Below are positions 36,638 to 49,450 of a DNA stretch of 64,000 nt, one piece after another. The notes under the pieces are model-generated. The model was not told where the DNA came from, searched no databases, and was given only the letters and a program-made list of their open reading frames with translations. A program made the translations under genes and the position numbers. Origin of the DNA: Chrysomallon squamiferum (Eukaryota > Animalia > Mollusca); contig CM022672.1 in assembly GCA_012295275.1 (NCBI GenBank), positions 23,994,001 through 24,058,000 on the forward strand, read 5' to 3'. Position 1 is the first letter of the stretch, and the number at the start of each line of letters is the position of its first letter.

Positions 36638-37906
36638 ATTTCCCTGAAGACGCAGATGAAATCTTTCAAGTATCCATCTTATATATTTATATAGCATGAG
36701 GTAATCAGTCGGTTTTGGGTTTTTTTTCTTCTTCATTGCTTCTTTGGTATCATATTTGTTACTCTTTCCCTCTCTTTCTGAATATCTTTCTTCAATATTT
36801 TTTCACGATCACGTATGTGTGTCTTCAATGGTTTGTGTAGTTGTTTCAAGTATCAATACTCTCATTATGTTATGATTGTAATTATTTTGCACTTTCTTTG
36901 TTTAATTATATTTTTTAGTTTGCCGTTGTATTTCTTGAGACTGATAATATCGACCATAATTTAAATTACTTACACATTATATTAAAATCAATAATATAAA
37001 TGCGAGTGGATAAATCGGGAAAAAAAATGGAATTAATAATCAGTATTCATCAATGTCAGTATTTTAATTCTCATGTTAGTCTTCTGTGACAGCATATTTT
37101 GCGAATTATTAAAATCTGTCTATGAAGCTAACGTATCTATCGAATGAGGCATGAACATAATTTTTGATGGTTTTTTGTTTGGTTGGATGTTTTTTTATAT
37201 TTTCTTTTAAAAAAACTGTTTTATTGATTTTTCATATCTCTCTAATCACTTATTTGTTTGTGTTGTTGTTTTTTTGTTTTTTGTTTTTTTTGTTATTATT
37301 GTTGTTGTTTTGGGGGGGGGTTATTCTGTGTTTTTTTGTGTTTTTTAATTAACGTAAAAGATTTTAAAACTAAAGATGTTAATGTTTTATTAACATTTAT
37401 TTATTTATTTAATTTTTGTTCTAATAAATTCATTATACATCTGTTAGTAAATTTCATTAAATAAGAACGAAAGAAAGATGTGTTATTCTTACATTTTAGA
37501 GATAATGACTCAAAATAGAAAATTAACCCAAAAGAAAACAACAAACAAAAAAACCCATAAGATTGTTGTGTGAAATTACACATATTTAATTTAAATTTTT
37601 ATAGTTAAAGGTTGAATTTTTCTGTAGATCGAAATTGTTTAGCTCCATTACTAAAATAAAAAAATAAAGTCTCTTTCGTGTAACACAAAACTAAACTGCT
37701 TCTACTGCAAGTAATGAATCAGGCTTTTTAGTGAATCATTTTCTCCAAAATAGACAAATTCATTAGTTCTCTTCCCACTAAACGGATGTGTGTACGCCAA
37801 AGCGATTAATTTAGACAACTGCCATCATTTCTAATCAGAAAGCATGAGCATGCTTACGTGAAAATCAAAATGACTGTGTTTTGTTCTTCATTTATTTTGT
37901 TTTCAT

Positions 37907-37999
<93 letters not shown>

Positions 38000-38547
38000 C
38001 CCACCCACCCACACACACATACGTATTCCTTTATCTTGTTACTTATTACAGTTGATTATATTTAGATGTTCATATAACAAACAATTAAGCAAACAAACAA
38101 ACAAATAAAATATATAATTAATAGACTGTAAGGTCCAACATACGCATGTGTGTAGGATGTTGTGTCGTCAATGGTAATCGCGTTTGGTGATCACGACTGT
38201 ACACTTTTACGCTGTACACTTCACGCGAAAATTAGGTGGGGGTGACGCTGTATTTGAGTACCTGGCATCGGGATTGGATATCTGGTCTTGTAACGCAACA
38301 AAGCTCACTTGCAGAAAGCTGCTCGGCCTTCAGTGACGCGCTGACTCTGGGAGTGATTCCAGACGCAGTTTCGATGACAAGCGACAACGTGTGCTAGAGC
38401 ACTGGCGGAATACATCGATCTAACGACCCAAGGTAAGATTTTATATCATCTCTTTACCGTAAAAAGAAACGCCGTTCATTGTAACTGAGCCTGCATTTTA
38501 AATAAACCGAAAGTGTTTTTAAAGTGAATATATAAATCAAGAGTTAC

Positions 38548-38587
<40 letters not shown>

Positions 38588-38770
38588 ATGAAATATGTAA
38601 AATATACTTGTATCTGTTTAAGGAAATAGGTCTATATAAAGGTGTACTGTCTAAAAGTTTAAATTAATAATAATTATAATCGCTTAAATTAGTTTCAATT
38701 AAAATAATAATTGCGTATGTAGGAACTCCATTCTTTAAAACAGAAGCCATATATATATATTTATATATAT

Positions 38771-38808
<38 letters not shown>

Positions 38809-39440
38809 TCTGGTATTTGTTTTTATTTTTTATATTGTCTTAATTTCTTTTGGAGCATATACATATTATACTAATTTCTGTGTAATAATTATTCACAAAC
38901 TATTCACGATATTACCGTAGTATTTCAATCCATTTTCATCTAGTGAAAATGAGGCCTGCGAATTACGTTATTATACCTATAGTCTTATTACTTTATTTTA
39001 AACAAGTTTATTACGCTTTCAAGACGGCTTTATATGTTTTTACGACTTTGACATTTGCGATTCAGCGGACAGAAACAGAAGTGACTACTTCACTCGGGGA
39101 AGTTTACATTATTTATAAAGAAAAATAATTACGTTAGGCTTATCAAAGGCAAAGAAAGTGTTGTGATTAGAATTAATTTTTTATCTGAAACAAATTATTA
39201 CTGCTATTATTAGCATCGTTGTATGTTTATCAGCATTAACATCAGTTATTATTATAACGTCTACCTGATCCTGCTGCTACTAATTACACTGTCACTGTCA
39301 TTAACAACGCCACCACTGCTGCTCCTCCTGCTTTTACTAATACAACGACGATATTGACAACAATGACGACTACCACTGTTACTACTACTACTACTGTTAC
39401 TTCAGTATTTATTGTTTGTTTTATGTTACTGTTACTACTT

Positions 39441-39496
<56 letters not shown>

Positions 39497-40457
39497 AAGT
39501 TGTTTTACAAACTGTTATTATATAGGTTTATAGTGTTTTTATTGAAAACAAAATCACTAATAATAATTAACTAATTCTTCAAGCTCAGTCTTTGTACAGC
39601 AGTCACGCTTTAACATCGTAGACTTTATTTATATATTTATATTTTATTTATTTATTTATTTAATTATTTATTTATTTATATATTCTCGTCTTGTTTAGGA
39701 TTGTCTCCACAGGAATAGATTATTTTTCACAGTAGATATTTCTAGTCGTTATGGTTTTATTAGCTACAGATGCTTTGTTAATTTTGCATGTCAGATTGTC
39801 ATAAACAGAACCCGGCTCTCTCGAGAGAAAACCTTGATCACCAATGATTTTCACATAAACATTAAAAATGTTTGTTTTCAGGTTGCTTTTTCTTTTTATC
39901 GTACATCTTTCTAATCAAAAATCACTTACCAGAGAAACAGCTGTCGAAAATAAGACAGGGAAGCACGAAAGAAATTTAAATGAAAAGAGAGATGTAACTC
40001 AAGCCTTTTCACGTAAAACGTATAATAAAATGCATTTTATGGAATACTTTTTAAATTTTTTTTAATCAATAACTGCTTGTAGGGAAATGATACTTAAGTC
40101 TGTTTAATAATAATAAGTCAACTATGAAAATGCGTGGGACTGTAACTCGATGTGTTTTACACTCACATTGAGTCAGATATTATTAATGAGAATTATTATT
40201 TTAAACTAATTTTTTGTTTATCTTTTTTGAAATGATATCTGGCTATTAAGAAAGAACTGTTGATATAACTGTAAGTCAATAGCATTACTATGTTTTCAGA
40301 TTATAATAATAATTTATAAAAAAGTTTCAGTGGCGTAAAAGATTTGTTTTTTTAGTCTCTAAATAACTAATATTTCAACGACAGCTGTTAAACATTAATT
40401 GAATAAGCATGCAATTTCCCTGAAGACGCAGATGAAATCTTTCAAGTATCCATCTTA
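36638..40457 (+). repeat. Exact 44-bp dispersed direct repeat (36638-36681 and 40414-40457)
   Basis: ATTTCCCTGAAGACGCAGATGAAATCTTTCAAGTATCCATCTTA is identical at both sites. Confidence 0.9.
38150..38432 (+). promoter_or_regulatory. Putative promoter and non-coding first exon, probably of the double-knottin gene
   Basis: GC/CpG-enriched island in AT-rich DNA ending at a strong donor CAAG|GTAAGA (38432/38433). Contains a GGTGGGGG box, TGACG half-CRE sites (38243, 38334), TATTTGA (38251) and a reverse CCAAT (ATTGG, 38273). The next clear + strand exon begins with an acceptor at 53214, upstream of the ATG, so an upstream UTR exon is required. Confidence 0.55.
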
Positions 40458-40608
40458 ATAAGGAAATTATTGATCATCGTTTAGTGGCCGTCCTTTAGAC
40501 TCTGAAATATTGTATAATGATGATCATAGTAACAACGTTTGGTTATTGACAAATATTTATAGTTTCCCTGCAATCTTTCTGAACAAACTGAAAAAAAAAA
40601 AAAAAAAA

Positions 40609-40663
<55 letters not shown>

Positions 40664-40719
40664 GAAAGACGGACTGAATGAAAACTAATATTTGTTTACT
40701 GAGTTAATAGTTTTAGGTA

Positions 40720-40950
40720 GATGCTAGATGGATATTTTATGGATCTAATACATCTCCCCATTGATAAGGGACCTGTTATCGCCACTATGTGGAATACATA
40801 CCTCAGTTAGCAGTCAAGAACAGTTTATATGTAAATATTACCAAACACAACAAAAAAAAAAAAAAAAATGCCAGGTACAACGTATTGTTTTGGTAAATAT
40901 ATCAGACATAGATAACTGGCTAGAACGGAAAACGGCTTAATGGAAGAAGG
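40720..40950 (+). mobile_element. Degenerate SINE-like interspersed repeat remnant
   Basis: Ordered motifs (CCTGTTATCGCCACT, TTAGCAG..TTTATATG, ACTGGCTAGAACGG..AATGG) resemble, from memory, an abundant gastropod SINE-like family. Similar decayed pieces at ~1140-1340, ~41985-42235 and, inverted, ~16910-17055 / ~28730-28870. Not database-verified. Confidence 0.4.
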
Positions 40951-43889
40951 GAAGCATGTGATTTAGCTTATTAGCAATCCTCTTATTTTTTTTTTAAATA
41001 TAAATACTGTACTTCTCTTAAAATGATATTTGGTATTAAAAGCACGTGAGTATCGAACATTACTATATTAGTTTTGAAGCTACTCTGGATTCCCAAAGCT
41101 ACGCCATTTATTATTAAACTATATTTTATTTAATGACATTTGGGAATTATTTTATTTGCTAAAGGTCCAAATGCAGTAGTTTTTGTCATATTGTATTAAT
41201 TATGCAAAACATCAGTCTGATTTATTCGAAAGTTTAATCTTGAAATTGAAATGTTTTGGACGCCTGTGACACTATTCGTTGCTCTGCTGACTGTGAAAAA
41301 GTATTTGATTCTGCATGAACGTTTGTGCTTACAAGCCTAAAAGATTAAAATTAAACCAAATAATTTTAACTTCAAGTAAGAGGTGCGGGTAAATTTGTAC
41401 TTCGTTTACCATGCTAATCGATATTGTAACAAGCGTTTTCATGCACATTCACTGCATTTTGTCGTTCATAATTAAAAAACAAAAATCGGTGTTTAAACAG
41501 ATGTTGAATGTTATGTTAAGAAACAACCTGTACTGTTTTGTCAATGATTATGACCAAAGTTTATTAAGCAAACTGAATTTATTAGAACAATTTTGAATTA
41601 TACTGTAAATTACGACTGTTTCAAAGTATGTTATTGTTATATAATTAAATACATGTGAAAAGATATAGAAAGAAAAATGAAAACCTCTGACAGTCAAAAA
41701 AAAAAAAAATGTACATGAATTGATAAGTTTATGTGTATTTTCAGATACACAATGGTAGGTAAACCAACATGGCTAATGATAGAAGCACTGACTGAATTAC
41801 GACACTTCTATACAGTTTTATTCTTCATTCTTCTTGTTTTTTTTTGTTTTTTAATTTTGAAAATTTTAAAGATGGCCAAAATTGACTGTGACATACACTG
41901 TTTCGTTATGGTACATTGCTTGTGTGACAAGACAGTTGTATAGACCATACAGTTATAGGTAATAAATTCTGTACGAGAGAATACATTTTTTATTTAAGTA
42001 CTTACGCAACACATTTTTTAAATACGGATATATGGCGCTATTCTTAGAGCTAAGTAAATTATAGATACTGACTAAAAGAGAGGATGTAACATTTCATTTT
42101 ACCAACAGTAAGACTTGACCATGACAGAACACTATGACCTTTTATAAATTAGTTTTACTAGCTAGAACAGGAAATTATCCAGTGACTTTACCCAGGAGGA
42201 TTGATCCTGTGACCTGTCGTGCTTTATACCACAAATCTGCAGTCAGAGTAGATGAACTTCTCATGATTGCTGATTTGCTTTTGTTTTATTTCAATCAATG
42301 CCATTATGTGTTCTCCGAGTTCGTAAAAATAAACATTATTCTTTCATTCATTATTGCCACTAATGCATTTTCTAATGCAGTTTTTGATCGCACTGTTGGT
42401 TGACATTTAGTACATTGTCATACCACTCATAGGTTTTTAATAATCCAGCGATGTGTTCAAAACAATTTCAGTAGTATTTTATTGCGAGATAAGTCTTTAA
42501 AGTAATTTTTTTTTTTTCGTAATCACAACGATATCTTTAGATATGGCTAGACATAATTTCTGGTCACATTAATAGAGGATTAAATTGTTGATATATGTTA
42601 CATCAGTGAATATAATTATGGCAGATTTAATCCCTGAAGTAAAAACAAGATGTATTTTCATAAACCACTGATGAGGTCATAAATGAGGAAATGTTCTGAG
42701 ATTACTGCCGCTCTTTGATCTTGTCAGGCTCCAAAGAATCCATAAAATATTCACCAATACCTGAAAAAAAAACCGTTAAATAATAATAATAATAATAATA
42801 ACAAATGAAATTTTATTTTAACTTGCAAATGTAAAGCACATTTTAGTTTTTCTCTCAGAAACTGATATAAGATAAATCTGTTTATTTCTGTAAATTATTA
42901 ATGTCAAGCAAATATATTCTTTTCTAAACTGATTTGGTAATACAAAACAAACGTCTTTCGTGTTTGTAACTTCATACAAAACAGGCTCTGAGCTACAATA
43001 GTGTATAGCCTCGAGCTGAAACTTCTTTTCTTTCTTGAAATAAATTTTCAAGCACTTTGCTTAGAACAATGTTTTTTTGTGATCATAAAAGATTAAACAG
43101 AATGTCGACTTTGGAAATACAAAAAGGAAAAAGAGAGAAAAAAAAGAAACATTTAAAAGAAACCCCATTAAGTCAAATATCAGTAATGTTTTATGTCACA
43201 CTAATGTCAAGTGACATCATGTAAAGTTTAATAAAAATCATCTCAGACTATTAAAAAATTTACGAAATAAAAGGACTTGAGTATACCTGGCTGTCACATT
43301 ATTTTTTCATTCCAAGCAATATGTGCATTTTAAAAGTATCAGATGATCGTTAGTCGTAAGTATAACAATTAAAATGAATTACGACAGAGGAGAAAGTTAA
43401 ATCACAAAGCGAAAATATAACTCGTCTCATCCCACTTAACACTTTTGCAAGAATTTTTATTTTCTCTCTTACTGCTTAATACAACTGCCCAGCAAATGAA
43501 AATCTCATAGTGTGGCCACCACGAGGACTCATCTCATGACACTGTGATTTCGATATTAACTGATTAATTGAGCTAGTATATGACTGCTTCTGTTATTTAT
43601 TGAATAATTCTAATAAAACCGAAGTACGTTTATTGGAAAATCTTCATTTCGATGTTATTGGCACGAACTGTAGTGGTGTTAGAGATCACAATATTAATGG
43701 AGTCGGGATCCCTGAAAAATAATTTTTATATGGTGAGCTTTTTAAATAAAATAATCAAAACTTGCCAATCTTCAGGAGTGTAACAGAGGACATTAACTAA
43801 TAAATAAAATGATGCAATGTTTTGTGTGAACTAAGAAACACAAACTGAATTAAAACAAGCATAAATGACTAACAACTTATAAAAATCTA

Positions 43890-44440
43890 TAAATAATCAG
43901 ATCGATTTCTGATATTTTACTTTTTTGCTATTTTGTATTATACTTGATAATAAGACTAAAACGCAGTATCCTGTATGACTCTATAATATTTGATAATAAG
44001 AAAATGCAGTATCCTCTATGACTGCTGATAATTGACCAAAAGCAATAAGTAATTCTTTTTTATTTTTAAATTTGTGCTGTTATGTATTATGTTTGATAAT
44101 AATAAGAGAAAACAATATAATGTATGAATATTAATGATCGAAACAAGCAGTTTTTAATAAATTTAAGAAAACACACAGTATCCTCTACGACTGCTGATAA
44201 TTGACGACAAGCAACAAATGATTTCTGATTATTTCAAGGTTGTAGTGTTGTGTATTATATTCAATAATAATAAGAAAACGCAAGCAATATTCTCTGTAAC
44301 TGCTGATAAGTGACCGTAAGCAATAAATGATTTGTGATTATTTCATAATTGTGCTGTTATGTATTATATTTGAAAATAATAGAAAAAAAAAAAAACAATA
44401 TCCTGTATGAATGCTGCTAATTAACAACATGCAACAAACG
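43890..44440 (+). repeat. Degenerate ~110-bp tandem repeat, ~5 units
   Basis: Recurring block ATAATAAGAAAA..CAGTATCCTCTATGACTGCTGATAATTGAC..AAGCAA..ATGATTT..TTGTGCTGTTATGTATTATATT. Confidence 0.7.
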
Positions 44441-45395
44441 TTAACTGGTCTAATATTTTATAATATTGCGACAAGCGAAAATTTCTGTTACAAGATTAGA
44501 TGACTAATGATATGTTCATTATTTGCCTGTATGGTGATAAGCAATATTCTATGCAGTATGGTGTAATACAGCAATACACTATTTTTCTAGTTCCGTCGGT
44601 AAGATATCTGGAATGATGTTTCAGCGATACATACAGCAGTTAATTCAAAATAAAGTATTTGCTAATCGTCTGGGAAAAGGAGATAGACTCGTTAATATAT
44701 TCTTAATATCCCAAGTGTACTATCAAAACATCATCATTATTTGTTTTCCTACACCATTACCAAAAATCTGGTCTGTATTTCTATTTAGAAAAGACAAGAT
44801 GTTCAGTAAAATCCTTCTATACCAGTATAGCAAAAGGCGTAAATTCGATTGAGATATCTATGTTAGAAATTACTATGAATTATGATAAAGAAAGGGAGAA
44901 TAATAATGTTTTAACTCACTCAGCACATTAAAATTTACATTAATAAGGATCCCACAGATGAACTATCTTTTTCTATTAACACAACCTGTATTAACAAAGA
45001 TAGATTTATTAGAAAGAAGCTGTTTGTACTGTGGATCACTGTAATGGCGTATATAATTATGAAAATATTGTTTTTATAAAAAAATCCAGCCTCATTCAGA
45101 ATAGCTTTCATCAATTCATTATTGTTTAAAGAGGCGAAGATAGCTATCGAAAGCACTTTATTTTGAATATGACAATTGGTTTTGTTAATAGCAAATAGAG
45201 AAGTGTATTACGCACAGGTCAAACGTACACTTAAGAACGGCACCAAACCAATATGAAAGCGGATTTAGTGTCGACGCGTTGGCTGTCACACGTTAGTTCT
45301 TCTCTTCAGACAACTCAGACCGGAAAGAAATACTCCGAACAAACCACGTATGATACTGTGAAAAAAAAAATCACTTTATAGTATTAATAGCCAGT

Positions 45396-45501
<106 letters not shown>

Positions 45502-46723
45502 TTTCCTCTATCTGTTCTTGTTGTTTCCTTAATCTACGACTCTCTATTATTGTTTATTATTAAAAGGTATTATAAGATATATTAATAATAAACGCCTTAC
45601 ACTGATACAAGTTAAAATCAGATAACATGCTATATTCAAACTAGTAGCAGTGGAAGTAGTAATAGTAGTAGTAGCAGTAGTAGTAATATTACTAGTAGCT
45701 GTTGTAGTAGTAGGAGGAGCAGTAGTTTAGTAATATAATACTAGTAGTAGTACTAGCAGCACCAATATCATCATAAGAGGAAGAATTAGAATCAGAATAA
45801 TGTATATTATCATAACATCTGACAGAAGGAAGACAAAAGTATAATGTTTTAATCTAAAGTATCTGTATGCATTATAGATACAATATCCTGTATCTTCGCT
45901 TTTGATTAAAACTGAATCAGATCCATTTTTTTTTCGCTTCGTCCTCTCTCTTGGGATTTCATTTTCACTGACAACGATGTCAGTATAACACAGGAAATAA
46001 GGCTTGACTGCTACCAATAATGAAACAAACTCGCTTAGCAAACGCGATGCAGAAAAAGAAAATCATTGCCTTGGTGTTCTTGTAGTTAAAGTTGAAGCAA
46101 AAATTAAATAATTTCCGTTATTTGCGCTTAGCGTAGGTCTAAATAATTAAACTATAGAGTCGAAATAAGTACTCGGATTCTCAACACAAAACTGGTCAGA
46201 ATACTGCAACAGAACGTTTCCTTTATTGCTCAATCCGGATATGCCGTATGTCAGTCGTAATTAAAGTGTGGTGCTCGTTTTAATTTGGAGGAAATTACTA
46301 CAGTTATCTTGAAGTTATCGAAGACGGTACATTACTCGGCGTTAGTTCATCTAGATAAATGCTGATAAATAAGATTTATCAGAATTTATCTTGATAAAAC
46401 TAAATTACAGTGTCTAATTATAATGATTAAAATCCAGAATGGCGGTTTTAAGCTGTTCAGACCTAATCACCATAATAAAAGAGATTTTGTGGATCATTAA
46501 TATTATATTTTTAGGAAGTTTAATGATCCAAAAATTCATTATAGACATAAAAAGTACAATTATATCCTTTGCAATATGATAATTTGAAATACGGGCATAT
46601 CAACATGTCAGATTACTTTTTAAATTATTTCCGCATAATTAGTTTAAACTAATTATTGAACAACAAATTTTGTTTAGTTCTGCTATAAAATATAAAATAT
46701 TTATGATAAAATTAGAATATATA

Positions 46724-46939
46724 CAGGGGGCTGCAAAAGTAGGTATACAGTTATGAAAAAAGAAAAAACATTTATTATTCAAACAAAAAAGCTAATTTAA
46801 AAATACATGCATTTTTATTGATTTAAATAAAATATGGTTAATGACACTCAACATAAGAAAAATGAGTCCAACTAATTTAATGTGCTACAAAATTCACTGA
46901 TGTGATACTACTGTATACCTACTTTTGTAACCCCCCCTT
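46724..46939. mobile_element. Non-autonomous Tc1/mariner-type MITE (~216 bp)
   Basis: Terminal inverted repeats CAGGGGGCTGCAAAAGTAGGTATACAGT (46724-46751) and ACTGTATACCTACTTTTGTAACCCCCCCTT (46910-46939). Flanked by TA (46722-46723, 46940-46941); AT-rich non-coding interior. Confidence 0.85.
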
Positions 46940-47038
46940 TATAGTAAATGTTTTTACATTGTATTACAACATCATATGATATATGATATTATTATATCAT
47001 ATATTGTTATGCTATGTTGTTGCCGCTGTCCTTGTTTT

Positions 47039-47069
<31 letters not shown>

Positions 47070-48849
47070 TTTAATAATTTGAAATAAAATAAAGCTATGC
47101 TATTATTACGTAACGCATTTCAAATACTATTTTATTATCAGTTTGTTTCTGCGTGGATATTTCAGTTTTATTACCGAAGCAACGTTTAAAGGATTAACTG
47201 TACACTATTGCATGTATGTCAACTGATGTTACAATCGATCTGTAACAAATTAACACAAAGACTCGGTGATAGTTTTGTATTACCAGTGGTCGGGTACGCT
47301 CACTAAAAATGACGCCAGCCTTTCAGATCTGGTATTTCAATCTCTTTTTATTTACATTAAGAACTACTATTTGTAGAATGCTTTGTTTTCTGTTCTGAAC
47401 GGAACAACTATAGCTTATACATCATGCATTGATAGGCGAACTTTTGCGAGCCATCTTGCCCGAAAAACGATTGTGCGTAATCCTCATTTGAGGATCAGAT
47501 GTTTATCAAAAGAATTTAAAAAAAAAAAAAAAAAATATTTTTAAATACTTTTAAGGTTTTGTGTTAACACTGACAATAATCTTTTGACATTTTTTTGTTT
47601 TAAGTATTTATAAATATTCGTTCTATCTTAATGAAAAAAATCAAGTTTATAATTATTACGTTAGGTCGGATCTAATTTAAAGACGCATCAGTGAATAGAA
47701 TACAAAAAAAATATTTTCAAAAAAGAAAGAAAAGGTACTGAAAGCTCTTCATTTAAAATTCTGTTTGAATCTTGTTATGTGGAAGGAATAATTCGTCAAA
47801 CAATATTTTTGTCGTCATAGATTCGATGTTATTCAACACACATGTATAATTTATTACCAGTTATATTTATTAATATTTATAAATCAATTCACATTACTAA
47901 AGATAAATGAAAACAAAACGCAACAATAGTAACAATTAAAATAAAAACGAAAACGAAAACAAAACAAAATGTGAGAGAGAAAGAGTAAAAAAAAAAAAAA
48001 TGTTATTGCGTTTCTAAAGGTCATTTTTTCGTAAATAAATTTATCTTCATTTTTAAAATGAGAGAAAAAAAAAATCATTTCCCTTAGGTTGATTGTCAAG
48101 TTCTGTATGCGAATTTTCTATCGTCATTTTATGCAGAGCGTGAATGGGAAGAACGCTGCTCCAGCGCTGTTTCAATCAATTAACAGTCTGTTGATGTTAT
48201 CATCAAACATTTTCAATAGTCTGGCTTCTCGACCCCAGCGAGAAGTGAATTAATATGCATTAGCACTGGATGACACAGACACATTGATCCCGCGTAGTCC
48301 ACTGAAGGGGCCAGTGTTTAAAATCACTCTGCTAAGTCGTTGTTTGATGTATGTGTTAGCACATATTAGCTCAGTAGGCTACCACAAAGCCCGTGCATCC
48401 CTAACCATAATCATGCTGCTGATGCAAATGTTGATGTTATTATCGTTTCTCTGTGTTTTAAAATAATATAATTATCTGGCGATTTCAGACAAGATTGTGA
48501 TACGATTTCTAAAGTTACATAAATTTCAGATTACTTTTTATTTTAGACTCGTCTTGTCATTGTAGGCAAACTGTTTGACCATCAGTGGATTAGAGTATCT
48601 ATTATCAGTCGGAATCTTTATTAGCACTCTTCTAACTCATAACTAATATAAGTTTAAAGTGTTACAACAATATAGATAGGAAGACAGATAGATAGATAAA
48701 TAGATAGGCAGACAGATATATATATATATAGATAGATAGATAGATGGATGGATGGATGGATGGATGGATGGATGGATGGATGGATGGATGGATCTATAGA
48801 TAGAGATACAGAGAGAAATAAATCTCTTGATTCACGAAAAGTCTCCATA

Positions 48850-49450
48850 CGGTTGAGTCAGTGAGTCAGTAAACGAGTAAGTCAATGAGTCGATGAATAT
48901 ATGAGTAAATCGGAGAGTCAATGAATAAATCGGTAAGTCTATAGGTCGGTGGGATAAATAGGTACGTCAGTGAGTCAGTGTGAAATGGGTCAATCAATGA
49001 GTCAGTGTGAAATGGGTCAATCAATGAGTCAGTGAATAAATAGGTACGTCACTGAGTCAATGTGAACTGAGTAAGTCAGTTAGTCAATGCGAAACAGGTA
49101 AGTCTATAAGTCAATGTGAAATGGGTAAATCGGTGTGAAATGGGTAAGTCAATGAGTCAGTTGAATAAATAGGTACGTCAGTTGAATAAATAGGTACGTC
49201 AGTGAGTCAGTGTGAATGAATGGGTAAGCCTATGATTCAGTGAAAAAATGGATAAGTCAGTGAATCAATGTATACATGAGTACTGAGTCAAGCAATCAAT
49301 GCATAAAGAATGAGGGAGTAAGTAAGTCAATCAACTGGTGAGTCATTTAATTAATGAGCTCGTTAGACATGAGAATACGATTGCATTCAGTGACTCAGTT
49401 AGCATGTTAGGAGTGAATGAGTAACTCAGTAAATCAGTCAGTTACTCAGT
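48850..49450 (+). repeat. Degenerate AGTC/AGTG-based satellite rich in TGAGTCA
   Basis: About 10 TGAGTCA plus one TGACTCA, with recurring GAATAAATAGGTACGTCA and GTGAAATGGGT sub-blocks. Follows (GATA)n/(GGAT)n tracts at 48670-48800. Confidence 0.8.

Noticed and set aside
36644-36665. CTGAAGA...GAAA inside the 44-bp repeat as a hammerhead core
   Set aside because: The intervening CGCAGAT cannot form stem II.
42661-42705. Hammerhead-ribozyme-like core CTGATGA-GGTCATAAATGAG-GAAA-TGTTC
   Set aside because: Stem II lacks the closing G-C pair and stems I and III do not pair convincingly; at most a decayed Penelope-type relic. An Infernal search would settle it.
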